From contig OZ219754.1 of NCBI GenBank assembly GCA_964291295.2, positions 1,952,001 to 2,016,000 on the forward strand: a stretch of 64,000 nucleotides of DNA, written 5' to 3'. Numbering within the stretch: the stretch's first letter is position 1; every line of letters begins with the position of its first letter. Positions 1 through 11,436 of this stretch are shown here, one piece after another. Source of the DNA: an uncultured Candidatus Binatia bacterium (lineage in GTDB: Bacteria > Desulfobacterota > Binatia > UBA9968 > JAJDTQ01). Under the pieces are notes generated by a model. It worked only from the letters and a program-made list of their open reading frames with translations. It did not search any database and was not told where the DNA came from. Position numbers and translations under genes: made by a program.

Positions 1-128
1 GATACGCGGGTCTGGTGGTGTTCGTCGCGGTGCTGGGGGTGGCGCTGATCTACGAATACCGCATGGGCGCGTTGGACTGGGAGCCGGTCCGGCTCAGAAT
101 GGCCAGGGCCGGCAGGGAGAAAGGATAG
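1..128 (+). CDS. nuoA: NADH-quinone oxidoreductase subunit A, 3' part (truncated by window start)
   Basis: Frame from base 3 reads YAGLVVFVAVLGVALIYEYRMGALDWEP...* (TAG 126-128), matching the NuoA C-terminal YxxRxGALDW motif; directly upstream of nuoB. Confidence 0.9.
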   Translation, partial: YAGLVVFVAVLGVALIYEYRMGALDWEPVRLRMARAGREKG

Positions 129-137
129 AGGGTTCCC

Positions 138-767
138 ATGCAATGGTCGTTGTCCACACCCCGGCAGGCCATGCCGGGAAAGGGCGGCTTCGAAGACGCC
201 CTGCGGCGTCTTCTGGTCATGGCCCGCCTGGAGGATCTGGTCCGATGGGGGCGCAAGAACTCCATCTGGCCGTTCCATTTCGGGTTGTCCTGCTGTTTCG
301 TGGAGATGGCCACAAGCCTCACCAGCAAGTTCGACGTGGCCCGCTTCGGTGCCGAAGTCATCCGCGGCACGCCCCGGGAGGCCGACGTCATCGTCATTGC
401 CGGGACCCCTTTCATCAAGATGGCGCCCGTCGTGCGGCGGCTCTACGAGCAGATGATGGAGCCCCGCTGGGTCATCTCCATGGGGGCCTGTGCCAACTCC
501 GGCGGCATGTACGACATCTACAGCGTGGTCCAGGGGGTGGACAAGATCCTGCCCGTGGACGTGTACGTCCCCGGCTGCCCGCCCAGTCCCTGGGCCTTTC
601 TGGAGGCGTTGACGCTGCTCCAGAAGGCCGTGGGCAACGAGCGCCGGCCGCTGAGCTGGATGGTGGGTCCCCAGGGCGTGGAGAAGGGGCCGATGCCGGC
701 GATGCGTGACGTGAAGCGGCCCGACCGCATTCGCGCCACCAGTCTGCGTTCCCCGGACGAAGTATAG
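138..767 (+). CDS. nuoB: NADH-quinone oxidoreductase subunit B (N2 cluster)
   Basis: [25 protein letters not shown] and [10 protein letters not shown] motifs. Confidence 0.97.
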   Translation: MQWSLSTPRQAMPGKGGFEDALRRLLVMARLEDLVRWGRKNSIWPFHFGLSCCFVEMATSLTSKFDVARFGAEVIRGTPREADVIVIAGTPFIKMAPVVRRLYEQMMEPRWVISMGACANSGGMYDIYSVVQGVDKILPVDVYVPGCPPSPWAFLEALTLLQKAVGNERRPLSWMVGPQGVEKGPMPAMRDVKRPDRIRATSLRSPDEV

Positions 768-865
768 CCTGGCGTCGCGATGAACGGAGCTTGTCGTCCT
801 TCAGCCTGGATCCGCGCCTTGATGCGGCGCACCGTTGGACAGGAACGGCGCAACGGGTGCGGCTC

Positions 866-2614
866 ATGAGTGACCCGCCCGCGGTGGTGACCGAGCTCGA
901 AGGCCGCTTCGGCGCCGCCGCCTTTCGGGCGCAGGAGACCCGGTGCGGTTTCCCGACCCTGTGGACGTCCAGGGAACATCTGCCCGCGGTGCTCCGGTTC
1001 CTCAAGGCCGAGGTGGACCGCCCCTTCGGCACGCTGTACGATCTCACGGCCATTGACGAACGCTTCCGCAGGCAGCGGGACGGCCAGCCCGACAGCGAAT
1101 TCACCGTTCTCTACCACCTGCTCTCCTACGGGCGGAACCAGGACATCTGCATCAAGGTGCCGGTGGATGACGGCAATGCCTCGCTGCCCACCGCCACCGG
1201 CCTGTGGCCTTCGGCCAACTGGTACGAGCGCGAGGTCTGGGACATGTTCGGCGTCCGCTTCGACGGCCATCCCTCGTTGCGCCGCATCCTCATGCCGCTC
1301 ACCTGGGAAGGCCATCCGCTCCGCAAGGAGCACCCCGCCCGGGCTACCGAGATGGGTCCGTTCCAGTTGCCCGACGACCGCCAGGACCGGGAGCAGGAGG
1401 CGCTCCGGTTCCGTCCCGAGGACTGGGGCCTGAAGCGCAGCCACGACGGCACGGACTTCATGTTCCTCAACGTCGGGCCCCAGCATCCCGGCACGCACGG
1501 CGTCATTCGCATCGTCCTGCAGCTCGACGGCGAGGAGATCGTCGATTGTCTGCCCGAGATCGGCTTCCACCACCGCGGCGCGGAAAAGATGGGGGAACGG
1601 CAGTCCTGGCACTCCTTCATTCCCTACACCGACCGCATCGACTACCTGGGCGGGGTCATGAACAATCTCGCCTATGTCCTCTCGGTGGAGCAGCTTGCCG
1701 GCATCCACGTGCCCGACCGCGCCCAGGTGATCCGGGTGATGATGTCCGAGTTTTTCCGCATCGCCAGCCACTTGGTGTGGTACGGCACTTTTGCCCAGGA
1801 CGTCGGTTCCCTGTCCACCGTCTTCTACACCTTCAACGACCGCGAGCGCATCTTCGACATCGTGCAGGCGGTGTGCGGCGGTCGCATGCATCCAAGCTGG
1901 TTCCGCATCGGCGGCGTGGCCCAGGATCTCCCCAAGGGCTGGCAGGCCATGGTGCGCGACTTCGTCGACTATCTGCCGGACCGGCTGGTGGAGTACGACA
2001 GGATCGTGATGCAGAACCGCCTGTTCAAGGCGCGTACCCAGGGCATCGGCGCCTACAGCCTGGAGGAGGCCATCGACTGGGGGGTGACCGGGCCGGGGCT
2101 CCGGGCCTGCGGTTTCGACTGGGACTTCCGCAAGAAGCGGCCGTACTCGGGATACGACCAGTTCGACTTCGACGTGCCGGTTGCCGGCAAGGGCGACTGC
2201 TACGACCGCGCGGTGGTGCGCATCGAGGAAATGCGCCAGAGCCTCCGGATCATTGACCAGTGCCTCAAGAACATGCCGCCGGGGCACTACAAGTCGGATC
2301 ATCCGCTGACCACGCCGCCGCGGAAGGAGCGCACGATGCACGACATCGAGACGCTCATCAACCATTTCCTGAGCGTGAGCTGGGGGCCGGTGATGCCGGC
2401 CGGGGAGTCCTTCATGGGCATCGAGGCCACCAAGGGCAACAACGGCTACCGGCTGGTGAGCGACGGCGGCACCATCCCCTATCGGGTGCGCATCCGGACG
2501 CCGTCCTTTGCCCACATGCAGATGGTGCCGCTCATGAGCCGGGGCGTCATGGTGCCGGACCTGCTGGCGATACTGGGAAGCATCGACTTCGTGCTGGCGG
2601 ACATCGATCGTTGA
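866..2614 (+). CDS. nuoCD: NADH-quinone oxidoreductase fused subunit C/D
   Basis: NuoC motifs [11 protein letters not shown] and GHPLRK followed in frame by NuoD motifs [22 protein letters not shown] and terminal DIDR. Start moved from TTG 791 to ATG 866. Confidence 0.95.
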   Translation: MSDPPAVVTELEGRFGAAAFRAQETRCGFPTLWTSREHLPAVLRFLKAEVDRPFGTLYDLTAIDERFRRQRDGQPDSEFTVLYHLLSYGRNQDICIKVPVDDGNASLPTATGLWPSANWYEREVWDMFGVRFDGHPSLRRILMPLTWEGHPLRKEHPARATEMGPFQLPDDRQDREQEALRFRPEDWGLKRSHDGTDFMFLNVGPQHPGTHGVIRIVLQLDGEEIVDCLPEIGFHHRGAEKMGERQSWHSFIPYTDRIDYLGGVMNNLAYVLSVEQLAGIHVPDRAQVIRVMMSEFFRIASHLVWYGTFAQDVGSLSTVFYTFNDRERIFDIVQAVCGGRMHPSWFRIGGVAQDLPKGWQAMVRDFVDYLPDRLVEYDRIVMQNRLFKARTQGIGAYSLEEAIDWGVTGPGLRACGFDWDFRKKRPYSGYDQFDFDVPVAGKGDCYDRAVVRIEEMRQSLRIIDQCLKNMPPGHYKSDHPLTTPPRKERTMHDIETLINHFLSVSWGPVMPAGESFMGIEATKGNNGYRLVSDGGTIPYRVRIRTPSFAHMQMVPLMSRGVMVPDLLAILGSIDFVLADIDR

Positions 2615-2645
2615 GAGGGCGGGCGCGGGTGACGACGAGGTTTCC

Positions 2646-3125
2646 ATGCTGACGGAACAGGAGCGCGACAGAATCAGCCGGGAGGCGGCTCACTACGACC
2701 ATCCGCAGGCCGCCTGCGTGGAGGCGCTGAAGATCGTCCAGGAGACGCACCGCTGGGTGTCGGACGAGCACCTGAAGGAGGTCGCCGAGCTGCTCGACAT
2801 GAGCCCGGCGGCCCTGGACAGCGTGGCCACGTTCTACAACCTCATCTTCCGCAAGCCGGTGGGTGAGAACGTCATTCTGCTGTGCGACAGCGTCAGTTGC
2901 TGGATCATGGGCTGCGACAGCATCTGCGCCCATCTCCGGACGCGTCTCGGGGTGGAACCGGGCGAGACCACCGCCGACGGCAGGTTCACCCTGCTTCCCA
3001 TGGCCTGTCTCGGCACCTGCGACCGGGCCCCGGCCATGATGGTGGGGGGCGACCTGCACCGCAACCTCGACAACGGCAAGGTGGACGAGATACTCGACCG
3101 CTACCGTCGCCCGCCGGAGGCTTGA
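2646..3125 (+). CDS. nuoE: NADH-quinone oxidoreductase subunit E
   Basis: VATFY, CDSVSC and CLGTCDRAP 2Fe-2S motifs. Confidence 0.96.
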   Translation: MLTEQERDRISREAAHYDHPQAACVEALKIVQETHRWVSDEHLKEVAELLDMSPAALDSVATFYNLIFRKPVGENVILLCDSVSCWIMGCDSICAHLRTRLGVEPGETTADGRFTLLPMACLGTCDRAPAMMVGGDLHRNLDNGKVDEILDRYRRPPEA

Positions 3126-3134
3126 GGCGGACTC

Positions 3135-4421
3135 ATGGCGAACGGATCCTCCATGGACAGACCCCTGACCGGGGATCTGCGGTCGGACGGCGGCGTGCTG
3201 GGGCTGGCGGACTACGAGAAGGTGGGCGGATACGCGGCGTTGCGCCGGGTGCTCAAGGAGATGAGTCCGGCGGATGTCCAGAAGGAGGTTACGGACTCCC
3301 GGCTGCGGGGTCGCGGCGGCGCCGGATTTCCCACCGGTCAGAAATGGAGCTTCGTGCCCATGGGCGACGACGCGCCGACGCCCAAGTATCTCGTGGCCAA
3401 CGCGGACGAGATGGAGCCCGGGACCTTCAAGGACCGCATGATCCTGGAAGGGAACCCGCATCTTCTCATTGAGGGGATGATTCTTTCGGCCTATGCCATC
3501 CAGGCCACCCACGGCTACATCTTCCTTCGCTGGGCCTACAAGGTGGCGGCCGAGCGCATCCAGCGGGCCCTGGACGAGGCTCGCGGCAAGGGCTGGCTGG
3601 GCCGGAACATCCTGGGTTCCGGCTTCAGCTTCGAACTGCACCTGCACACCAGCGCCGGCCGCTACATGTGCGGCGAGGAGACCGGTCTGCTCAACGCGCT
3701 GGAAGGCAGGCGCGCCAATCCCCGGGCCAAGCCGCCGTTTCCCCAGGTGAGCGGACTGTGGGGCAAGCCCACCATCGTCCAGAACGTCGAGACCCTGTGC
3801 AACGTCGCCCCGATCCTCCGCAACGGCGCCCAGTGGTACCTGGGGCTCAGCCGCAGCGAGGACGGCGGCACCAAGCTCTACGGTGCCAGCGGCCGGGTGC
3901 GGCGGCCCGGAGCCTGGGAACTGCCCCTGGGCACCACCATGCGGGAGATCCTGGAGCGGCGCGCCCGTGGCATGCAGGAGGGCTACCGGTTCCGCGGTGT
4001 CCTCCCCGGCGGCGCCTCCACCGACTTCCTGGTGGAGGCGCATCTGGACACGAAGATGGACTATGGCTCGGTGCAGGCGGCGGGCAGCCGGCTGGGCACC
4101 GGCCTGATGATCGTTCTGGACGACAGGACCTCGGTGGTGGGCATGGTGCTGAACCTGGAGCGTTTCTTTGCCCAGGAATCCTGCGGCTGGTGCACGCCCT
4201 GCCGCGACGGTCTGCCCTGGACGGCGCGGATTCTCCAGGGGCTGCTGGAGGGGCGGGGGCGCCCCGGCGACCTGGAGCGGCTGGAGATGCAGACCCGGAT
4301 GATGGGACCCGGCAATACCTTCTGCGCCCTGGCACCGGGCGCCATGGAGCCGTTGCAGAGCGCGCTCAAGTATTTCCGCGAAGATTTCGAAAAGCTCATA
4401 CCCAGGAGCGACGCAGCGTAA
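3135..4421 (+). CDS. nuoF: NADH-quinone oxidoreductase subunit F
   Basis: GRGGAGFPTG, NADEMEPG, YMCGEET and ESCGWCTPC...C motifs. Confidence 0.97.
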   Translation: MANGSSMDRPLTGDLRSDGGVLGLADYEKVGGYAALRRVLKEMSPADVQKEVTDSRLRGRGGAGFPTGQKWSFVPMGDDAPTPKYLVANADEMEPGTFKDRMILEGNPHLLIEGMILSAYAIQATHGYIFLRWAYKVAAERIQRALDEARGKGWLGRNILGSGFSFELHLHTSAGRYMCGEETGLLNALEGRRANPRAKPPFPQVSGLWGKPTIVQNVETLCNVAPILRNGAQWYLGLSRSEDGGTKLYGASGRVRRPGAWELPLGTTMREILERRARGMQEGYRFRGVLPGGASTDFLVEAHLDTKMDYGSVQAAGSRLGTGLMIVLDDRTSVVGMVLNLERFFAQESCGWCTPCRDGLPWTARILQGLLEGRGRPGDLERLEMQTRMMGPGNTFCALAPGAMEPLQSALKYFREDFEKLIPRSDAA

Positions 4422-4425
4422 CATC

Positions 4426-7122
4426 ATGGCCACCATCTACGTCGACGGGCGAGCCTGTGAGGCGGATCCGGGCCGGAATCTGCTGGAGGTCTGCCTCTCC
4501 AGGGGGCTGGATCTGCCCTACTTCTGCTGGCATCCGGCGCTGGGTTCGGTGGGCGCCTGCCGCCAGTGTGCGGTCAAGCAGTACCGGGACGAGCAGGACA
4601 CGCGCGGCCGCATCGTCATGGCGTGCATGACCCCGGCGGTGGACGGCGCGCGCATCTCCATCCGGGACGAGGACGCGGTACGGTTCCGCGCCGGCATCAT
4701 CGAGCTTCTGATGAGCAATCATCCCCACGATTGCCCGGTGTGCGACGAGGGCGGCGAGTGCCACCTCCAGGACATGACGGTGATGACCGGCCACAACTAC
4801 CGTGGCTACCGTTTCGGCAAGCGTACCTTCGACAACCAGCAACTGGGCCCGTTCATCAACCACGAGATGAACCGCTGCATCACCTGCTACCGTTGCGTGC
4901 GCTACTACCGGGACTACGCCGGCGGCAAGGATCTGGACGCCTTCGCCTCGCACAACCATGTCTATTTCGGCCGACATGAGGACGGCACGCTGGAGAACGA
5001 GTTCAGCGGCAATCTGGTGGAGATCTGCCCCACCGGCGTGTTCACCGACAAGACGCTCAAGCAGCACTATACGCGCAAGTGGGACCTGCAGACCGCTCCG
5101 TCGGTGTGCGCGCACTGCAGTCTCGGCTGCAACACCATCGCCGGCGAGCGCTACGGCCAGCTTCGACGCATCCTGAACCGCTACAATTCCGAGGTCAACG
5201 GCTATTTCCTGTGCGACCGGGGTCGGTTCGGCTATGACTTCGTCAACGGCCCCGGGCGTCTGCGCCAACCGCAGCTGCGCGCGAAAGGTGAAACCCGGCC
5301 GGCAAGCGCGCCGGAGGCGCTGAGCCGGGGGGCGGCGCTGCTCGGCCGTCAGTCCCGGGTCATCGGCATCGGCTCGCCACGGGCCTCGCTGGAGGCCAAC
5401 TTCGCGCTCCGCACGCTGGTGGGGGCCAGGAACTTCTTCAGCGGCATGGCGGCCGGAGAGGACCACCTGGTGGCCCGCATGCTGTGGGTGCTGCACGGCA
5501 GCCGTGTCCGGACCCCCTCGTTGCGTCAGGTGGAGTCCGCGGACGCGGTGTTCATCCTTGGCGAGGATCTCACCCAGACGGCCCCCATGCTGGCGCTGGC
5601 GGTGCGTCAGGCGGTGAAGCAGGCGCCGCGAGGGGAGGCCATGCGGTTGCGCATTCCCCGTTGGGACGACGCCGCCCTGCGGGAGGTGATGCAGCAGCAG
5701 AAGGGCCCCCTGTATATCGCCAGCGCCGGCGCCACCCGTCTGGACGAGGTGGCCACCGCGAGCCGCCGCGGCGCCCCCGACGACGTGGCGCGGCTGGGCT
5801 TCGCCGTGGCCCGGGCGCTGGACGCCGCGGCGCCGGAGGTGGAGGGGCTCTCGGACGACGACCGCACACTGGCCGAGGCCATCGCCGGCGCGTTGCGGGC
5901 GGCGGAGCGGCCGGTGGTGATATCGGGGTCGGGCAGCGGCAGCGAGGCGGTGATCGACGCCGCCGCGCAGGTGGCGCGGGCGCTGGGGCGGGAACGGACG
6001 ACGGACCTGTGCTTCACCGCCTCCGAGTGCAACAGCTTCGGCCTGGGCCTTCTGAACGCTCTGAATACTTCCGAGGCCGTCCAGAGGGTGGCCGACGGTC
6101 TGGTGGACACGGTGGTGGTGCTCGAGAACGACCTCTACCGCCGGGCCGCCGGTGCCGCGGTGGACGCGATGCTGTCGTCGGCCAATGTCATCGCCATCGA
6201 TCACTCCGCCCACGCCACCACCGCGGGCGCCGCCCTGGCGCTGCCGGCGGGCACTTTCGCCGAGAGCGCCGGCACCGTGGTGAACAACGAGGGCCGGGCG
6301 CAGCGCTTCTACCAGGTCTTTGTTCCCGAAGGGGACGTCAAGCCGGCCTGGCGCTGGCTGCGGGATCTGGCCCGGGCGGCCGGGCGCACCGAACTGGGCG
6401 CTCTGGCGTCGCCGGACGACCTTCTGGCCGCGCTGGCGCGGGCGGTGCCGGTTTTCTCTCCGCTGCCGGACAACCTGCCCACGGCCGCGTTCCGGGTGAA
6501 GGGGGAGAAGGTGCCGCGTCTCTCGCCGCGCGCAAGCGGCCGCACCGCCGTGCAGGCCCACCTGCGCGTCCACGAGCCCAAGCCGCCGGCGGATGCGGAT
6601 TCGCCGCTGGCGTTTTCCATGGAGGGCTATCCCTGGCAGCCGCCCGCGCCGCTCATCACGCGGTTCTGGGCGCCCGGGTGGAACTCGGTGCAGTCCCTGA
6701 ACAAGTTTCAGGCCGAAGTGGGCGGCGCGCTGACCGGCGGTGATCCCGGCATACGACTCCTGGAGCCCGGCGCCAATGGCGACGCGGCTTACAACGGGGA
6801 GATTCCGGCGCCGTTCGAGCCGCGGGAGGGGGAGGTGCTGGTGGTGCCGCTGCATCACATCTTCGGCTCCGATGAGTTGAGCGCGGCCGCGCCCGCGGTG
6901 GCCCAGCGCTGCCCCGAGCCGTATGTCGCGCTGAACCCGGAAGACGCGCGGCGACTGGATGTGGCTGAAGGAGACCTGGTGGAACTTCAACTCGACGGCG
7001 CCCTGTACCGGCTGCCGGCCCGGCTGTCCGGGGGCATGGCGGCAGGCGTCGCCGGCGTGCCCATGGGAATCGCGGTGAAGGGCGCCGACGTTCCCGCGCG
7101 GAGTCTGTGCCGCAAGGTGTGA
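4426..7122 (+). CDS. nuoG: NADH-quinone oxidoreductase subunit G (long form)
   Basis: [38 protein letters not shown] and the CAHCSLGC (N7) motif; 898 aa. Confidence 0.96.
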   Translation: MATIYVDGRACEADPGRNLLEVCLSRGLDLPYFCWHPALGSVGACRQCAVKQYRDEQDTRGRIVMACMTPAVDGARISIRDEDAVRFRAGIIELLMSNHPHDCPVCDEGGECHLQDMTVMTGHNYRGYRFGKRTFDNQQLGPFINHEMNRCITCYRCVRYYRDYAGGKDLDAFASHNHVYFGRHEDGTLENEFSGNLVEICPTGVFTDKTLKQHYTRKWDLQTAPSVCAHCSLGCNTIAGERYGQLRRILNRYNSEVNGYFLCDRGRFGYDFVNGPGRLRQPQLRAKGETRPASAPEALSRGAALLGRQSRVIGIGSPRASLEANFALRTLVGARNFFSGMAAGEDHLVARMLWVLHGSRVRTPSLRQVESADAVFILGEDLTQTAPMLALAVRQAVKQAPRGEAMRLRIPRWDDAALREVMQQQKGPLYIASAGATRLDEVATASRRGAPDDVARLGFAVARALDAAAPEVEGLSDDDRTLAEAIAGALRAAERPVVISGSGSGSEAVIDAAAQVARALGRERTTDLCFTASECNSFGLGLLNALNTSEAVQRVADGLVDTVVVLENDLYRRAAGAAVDAMLSSANVIAIDHSAHATTAGAALALPAGTFAESAGTVVNNEGRAQRFYQVFVPEGDVKPAWRWLRDLARAAGRTELGALASPDDLLAALARAVPVFSPLPDNLPTAAFRVKGEKVPRLSPRASGRTAVQAHLRVHEPKPPADADSPLAFSMEGYPWQPPAPLITRFWAPGWNSVQSLNKFQAEVGGALTGGDPGIRLLEPGANGDAAYNGEIPAPFEPREGEVLVVPLHHIFGSDELSAAAPAVAQRCPEPYVALNPEDARRLDVAEGDLVELQLDGALYRLPARLSGGMAAGVAGVPMGIAVKGADVPARSLCRKV

Positions 7123-7123
7123 C

Positions 7124-8083
7124 GTGAAGGACGTGCTGTTGCAGATCACGGTGGTCCTGGGGGTGCTCAACGCCCCCCTGATCCTGGCCGCCCTGCTCAT
7201 CTGGCTGGAGCGGCGGTTCCTGGCCCTTTTGCAGGACCGCCACGGCCCCAACCGGGTGGGGCCGTTCGGGCTCGGCATCGTGCTGGCCGACATGGTCAAG
7301 ATCTTCACCAAGGAAGACTGGGTGCCGCCGTTCGCGGACCGGGTGGTGTTCACCCTGGCACCGGCGGTCATCGTCATCACGGGCCTCCTGTCCGTGGCGG
7401 TGATTCCCATCACCGGGACCATCGGGGTCGCCGACCTCAACATCGGGCTGCTGTTCTTCCTTGCGATGTCGTCCATGGGCGTCTACAGCGTGGTGCTGGC
7501 GGGCTGGGCCTCCAACAACAAGTACGCCCTGCTGGGCGGGCTGCGGGCCTCGGCGCAGATGGTCAGCTACGAGGTCTTCATGGGCCTCTCGCTCATGGGA
7601 GTGGTGCTGCTGGCGGGCTCGTTCAGCCTGCGGGAGATCGTCGAGGCGCAGCGGAACCTGTGGTTCATCGTGCCGCAACTGCCGGGCTTCATCATCTTCT
7701 TCATCGCGGGTCTGGCCGAGACCCACCGCCTGCCCTTCGACCTCCCCGAGGCCGAGGCCGAGCTGGTGGCGGGTTTTCACTCCGAGTACTCGGGGATGAA
7801 GTTCGGCATGTTCTTCGTCGGCGAATACGTCGGCGTGATCGTGATCTCGGCCATGATCGTCACGCTGTTCTTCGGCGGCTGGATGGGGCCGGTGCTGCCG
7901 GGCATCGTGTGGTTCGGGCTCAAGCTGCTGTTCTTCATCCTGGTGTTCATCACGCTGCGGGCGGCGCTGCCGCGGCCGCGTTTCGACCAGCTCATGGCGT
8001 TTGGCTGGAAGGTGCTGCTGCCGCTGTCGCTGCTGAATGTCGTGGTGACGGCCGGGGTGTTGCTGCTGGTGTCGGGGAACTGA
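7124..8083 (+). CDS. nuoH: NADH-quinone oxidoreductase subunit H
   Basis: [13 protein letters not shown] and [14 protein letters not shown] motifs; hydrophobic; GTG start. Confidence 0.96.
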   Translation: MKDVLLQITVVLGVLNAPLILAALLIWLERRFLALLQDRHGPNRVGPFGLGIVLADMVKIFTKEDWVPPFADRVVFTLAPAVIVITGLLSVAVIPITGTIGVADLNIGLLFFLAMSSMGVYSVVLAGWASNNKYALLGGLRASAQMVSYEVFMGLSLMGVVLLAGSFSLREIVEAQRNLWFIVPQLPGFIIFFIAGLAETHRLPFDLPEAEAELVAGFHSEYSGMKFGMFFVGEYVGVIVISAMIVTLFFGGWMGPVLPGIVWFGLKLLFFILVFITLRAALPRPRFDQLMAFGWKVLLPLSLLNVVVTAGVLLLVSGN

Positions 8084-8104
8084 GGAAGGTTCGAGGAGTC
8101 GCCG

Positions 8105-8620
8105 ATGTGGAGCATGCTGAGGACCCTCTGGACGGTGCTGTTGCACCTCTTCCGGCGGCCGGTGACGGTCCAGTACCCGGATGAGAAGCCGTATCTGCCG
8201 CCGCGCTACCGCGGCCGGATCATCCTGTCGCGGGATCCGGACGGCGACGAACGCTGCGTGGGATGCTATCTCTGCTCCGCCGCCTGCCCGGTGGACTGCA
8301 TCGCCCTCCAGGCCGGCGAACGCCAGGACGGCCGGCGCTATCCGGAGTTCTTTCGCATCAATTTCTCGCGCTGCATCTTCTGCGGTCTGTGCGAGGAGGC
8401 GTGTCCCACCTACGCCATACAGCTCACTCCGGACTTCGAGCTTTGCGACTTCGACCGGCAGAGTCTGGTCTACGAGAAAAAGGACCTGCTGATCGACGGC
8501 ACCGGCAAGTACCCGGGATACAACTTCTACCGGGTCGCCGGCCTGGCCGTCAGCGGCAAGGACAAGGGGGAGTCGGAAAACGAGGACAAGCCCGTGGACG
8601 TGAAGAGCCTGCTCCCCTGA
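8105..8620 (+). CDS. nuoI: NADH-quinone oxidoreductase subunit I
   Basis: Two CxxCxxCxxxCP ferredoxin motifs. Confidence 0.96.
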   Translation: MWSMLRTLWTVLLHLFRRPVTVQYPDEKPYLPPRYRGRIILSRDPDGDERCVGCYLCSAACPVDCIALQAGERQDGRRYPEFFRINFSRCIFCGLCEEACPTYAIQLTPDFELCDFDRQSLVYEKKDLLIDGTGKYPGYNFYRVAGLAVSGKDKGESENEDKPVDVKSLLP

Positions 8621-8703
8621 CGGGCGGACGCGGCGGCCGCCAGGCCTCCGCACGCGCACCCGGAACGCGTATTCGGGCGTACTCGGAGTACCATGACAGT
8701 ATC

Positions 8704-9219
8704 ATGACGCTTATCTACTACATGGCGGCCGCCGTCGCGGTCTTCGCGACGGCCATGGTCATCACCCGGTCCAATGCGGTACACGCTCTGCTCTACATGA
8801 TCGTGTCGCTGCTGTCGCTGGCGTTGGTCTTCTTCACCTTGGGGGCGCCCTTCGTGGCGGCGCTGGAGGTGATCATCTATGCCGGGGCCATCGTGGTCCT
8901 GTTCGTGTTCGTCGTGATGATGCTCAATCTCGGCAGCGAGGCCACCGCCCGCGAGCAGCAATGGCTGCAACCCGAGGCGTGGCGCGGGCCGGCGATCCTC
9001 TGCGCGATACTGTTCGTCGAGTTCCTGGCGTTGCTGGTGATCGAGCCCGGCCCGGCGGGCGCCCCGGCGCCGGTGGGCGTCAAGCGCGTGGGCGCCGCCC
9101 TTTACGGCCCCTACGTGCTGGGGGTGGAACTGGCCGCCATGCTTCTGCTGGCGGGGCTGGTGGGAGCCTTTCATCTGGGCCGCCGGGTGCCGTCGGACGA
9201 CGAGGAGGGCGAGTCGTGA
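8704..9219 (+). CDS. nuoJ: NADH-quinone oxidoreductase subunit J
   Basis: [18 protein letters not shown] motif; start re-picked at ATG 8704 inside ORF 8263..9219. Confidence 0.93.
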   Translation: MTLIYYMAAAVAVFATAMVITRSNAVHALLYMIVSLLSLALVFFTLGAPFVAALEVIIYAGAIVVLFVFVVMMLNLGSEATAREQQWLQPEAWRGPAILCAILFVEFLALLVIEPGPAGAPAPVGVKRVGAALYGPYVLGVELAAMLLLAGLVGAFHLGRRVPSDDEEGES

Positions 9220-9527
9220 TGGCCGCGGTGCCTCTGGAACACGGCCTGGTGCTGGCGGCGGTGCTGTTCGGGCTGGGCCTGACGGGCGTCCTGGTGCGCC
9301 GCAACCTCATCTTCGTGCTGTTGTCCCTGGAGATCATGCTCAACGCCGCCGCCCTGGCTTTCGTGGTGGCGGGTGCGCACTGGGGCCAGGCGGACGGCCA
9401 GATCATGTTCTTTTTCATCCTGGCCATGGCTGCCGCCGAGGTCGCGGTGGGACTGGCGCTGGTGGTGCAGGTCTACCACCGATACCATTCCCTGGACGTC
9501 GATGCCCTGAGCCACATGAGAGGATGA
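9219..9527 (+). CDS. nuoK: NADH-quinone oxidoreductase subunit K
   Basis: [16 protein letters not shown] and [11 protein letters not shown]; TGATG overlap with the nuoJ stop. Confidence 0.95.
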   Translation: MAAVPLEHGLVLAAVLFGLGLTGVLVRRNLIFVLLSLEIMLNAAALAFVVAGAHWGQADGQIMFFFILAMAAAEVAVGLALVVQVYHRYHSLDVDALSHMRG

Positions 9528-9528
9528 C

Positions 9529-11436
9529 ATGCTCGATCTGCTGTGGCTGATACCCGCGCTGCCTCTTCTCGGGTTCCTGGCCCTGACACTGGCCGGATCG
9601 CGCCTGTCGCGCACCGAGGTGGCCTGGGTGGGCTGTGGCTCCGTCGGCCTGTCCGCGGTGATCACCCTGATCGTGGGACTGAGCTTCCTGGCCGCGCCGC
9701 CCCCGGAGGCGCGCTTTACCCAGACCCTGTGGGTGTGGCTCGACGTGGCCGGCTTCCGGCCCGCCTTCGCCCTTTACCTGGACGCCCTTTCGCTGACCAT
9801 GATCTTCGTGGTCACCTTCGTGGGTTTCCTCATTCACCTCTATTCGGTGGAGTACATGCGGGAGGAAGAGGGCTACAGCCGCTTCTTCGCCTACATGAAC
9901 CTGTTCGTCTGTGCCATGCTCACGCTGCTGCTGGCGGACAACCTGATGCTGCTGTTGCTGGGCTGGGAGGGCGTGGGCCTCTGCAGCTACCTGCTGATCG
10001 GCTTCTTCTACAGGGACGAGGCCAACGGCCGGGCCGCGAGCAAGGCGTTCATCGTCACCCGGGTCGGCGACACCGCCATGCTCTTGGCGCTGTTTCTCCT
10101 CTTTGCCGAGCTGGGGACCCTGGACATCCAGGAACTCCTGCAGCGTGCCGGCCAGCAGTTCCCGCCGGGCTCGGGCCTGGCGGTGGTGGTGGCGGTGCTG
10201 CTGCTGGGCGGGGCCGTGGGCAAGTCCGCGCAGCTTCCGCTCCAGACCTGGCTGCCCGACGCCATGGCGGGCCCCACGCCGGTGAGCGCTCTCATCCACG
10301 CCGCCACCATGGTGACCGCGGGCGTCTATCTCATCGCCCGCACACACGTGCTGTTCACCCTGGCGCCGGCGGTGCTGGCGCTGGTGGCGGTCATCGGCAC
10401 CCTGACGCTGCTCATGGCGGGCTTTGCGGCGCTGGTGCAGAGCGACATCAAGCGCGTGCTGGCCTATTCCACCATCAGTCAGATCGGCTACATGTTTCTG
10501 GCCTTGGGGGTGGGCGCATGGTCCGCGGCGCTGTTTCACTTCATGATCCACGCCTTCTTCAAGGCGCTGTTGTTCCTGGGCGCGGGCGCGGTCATCCTGT
10601 CCCTGCACCATGAGCAGGACATGTACCGCATGGGCGGCCTGCGCCGGCTTTTGCCCGTGACCTTCTGGTGCTTCCTCATCGGCAGCGGGGCGCTGGCGGC
10701 CATTCCCGTGGTCACCGCCGGCTTCTACAGCAAGGATCTGATCATCTGGAACGCCTACAACTCCCACATCGGCGGCGTCTGGCTCTGGGCCGGCGCCCTG
10801 GCGGGCGCGCTGCTGACCTCCATCTACACCTTCCGCATGGTGTTCCTGACCTTCTGCCGGCAAGCCGGCGAGGGGGTCAAGCCTCTGCTGCCGCTCCGCC
10901 AGCCCGGACCGTGCGTCCACGTGCCGCTGGTGGTGCTGGCGGTGTTGTCCCTTGCCGGCGGGTTCATCGAGTTGCCCCACACCATGGGCGAGCTCACGTT
11001 GTTCTCGGGTTTCCTGAACACGGCGTTGCCCGAGTTCCACGGCGCCCACGCGAGCTACGGCACGGAGCTCGCCTTCGAGCTGCTGGCGGCGGCCGCGTCC
11101 CTCGGCGGCGTGTACCTGGTGTGGTTCCGGGTGATGGGAGCGTCCGGTGCCCTGCAACGCATCGCGGCGCGGCCGTGGGCGGCCGCGGTGGAGCAGCTTT
11201 GGCGCTCCGGCTGGGGGTTCGACCGGCTCTATGACACGCTCTTCGTCCAACCCTGGCTGTGGTGTGCCCGCGTCAACAAGGACGACTTCATCGACGCCCT
11301 CTATCGCGCCGCGGCCTTCGTCACCGAGATGCTGCACTTCGTTGTCAGCCTGACCCAGACCGGCGCGGTGCGGTGGTATGCCACCGGCATTGCCGTGGGC
11401 GCGGTGGTCACCGTGGGACTGGTGATCCTGCTATGA
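9529..11436 (+). CDS. nuoL: NADH-quinone oxidoreductase subunit L
   Basis: GWEGVGLCSYLLIG, KSAQLPL..WLPDAMAGPTPVSALIHAATMV and HAFFKALLF. Confidence 0.97.
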   Translation: MLDLLWLIPALPLLGFLALTLAGSRLSRTEVAWVGCGSVGLSAVITLIVGLSFLAAPPPEARFTQTLWVWLDVAGFRPAFALYLDALSLTMIFVVTFVGFLIHLYSVEYMREEEGYSRFFAYMNLFVCAMLTLLLADNLMLLLLGWEGVGLCSYLLIGFFYRDEANGRAASKAFIVTRVGDTAMLLALFLLFAELGTLDIQELLQRAGQQFPPGSGLAVVVAVLLLGGAVGKSAQLPLQTWLPDAMAGPTPVSALIHAATMVTAGVYLIARTHVLFTLAPAVLALVAVIGTLTLLMAGFAALVQSDIKRVLAYSTISQIGYMFLALGVGAWSAALFHFMIHAFFKALLFLGAGAVILSLHHEQDMYRMGGLRRLLPVTFWCFLIGSGALAAIPVVTAGFYSKDLIIWNAYNSHIGGVWLWAGALAGALLTSIYTFRMVFLTFCRQAGEGVKPLLPLRQPGPCVHVPLVVLAVLSLAGGFIELPHTMGELTLFSGFLNTALPEFHGAHASYGTELAFELLAAAASLGGVYLVWFRVMGASGALQRIAARPWAAAVEQLWRSGWGFDRLYDTLFVQPWLWCARVNKDDFIDALYRAAAFVTEMLHFVVSLTQTGAVRWYATGIAVGAVVTVGLVILL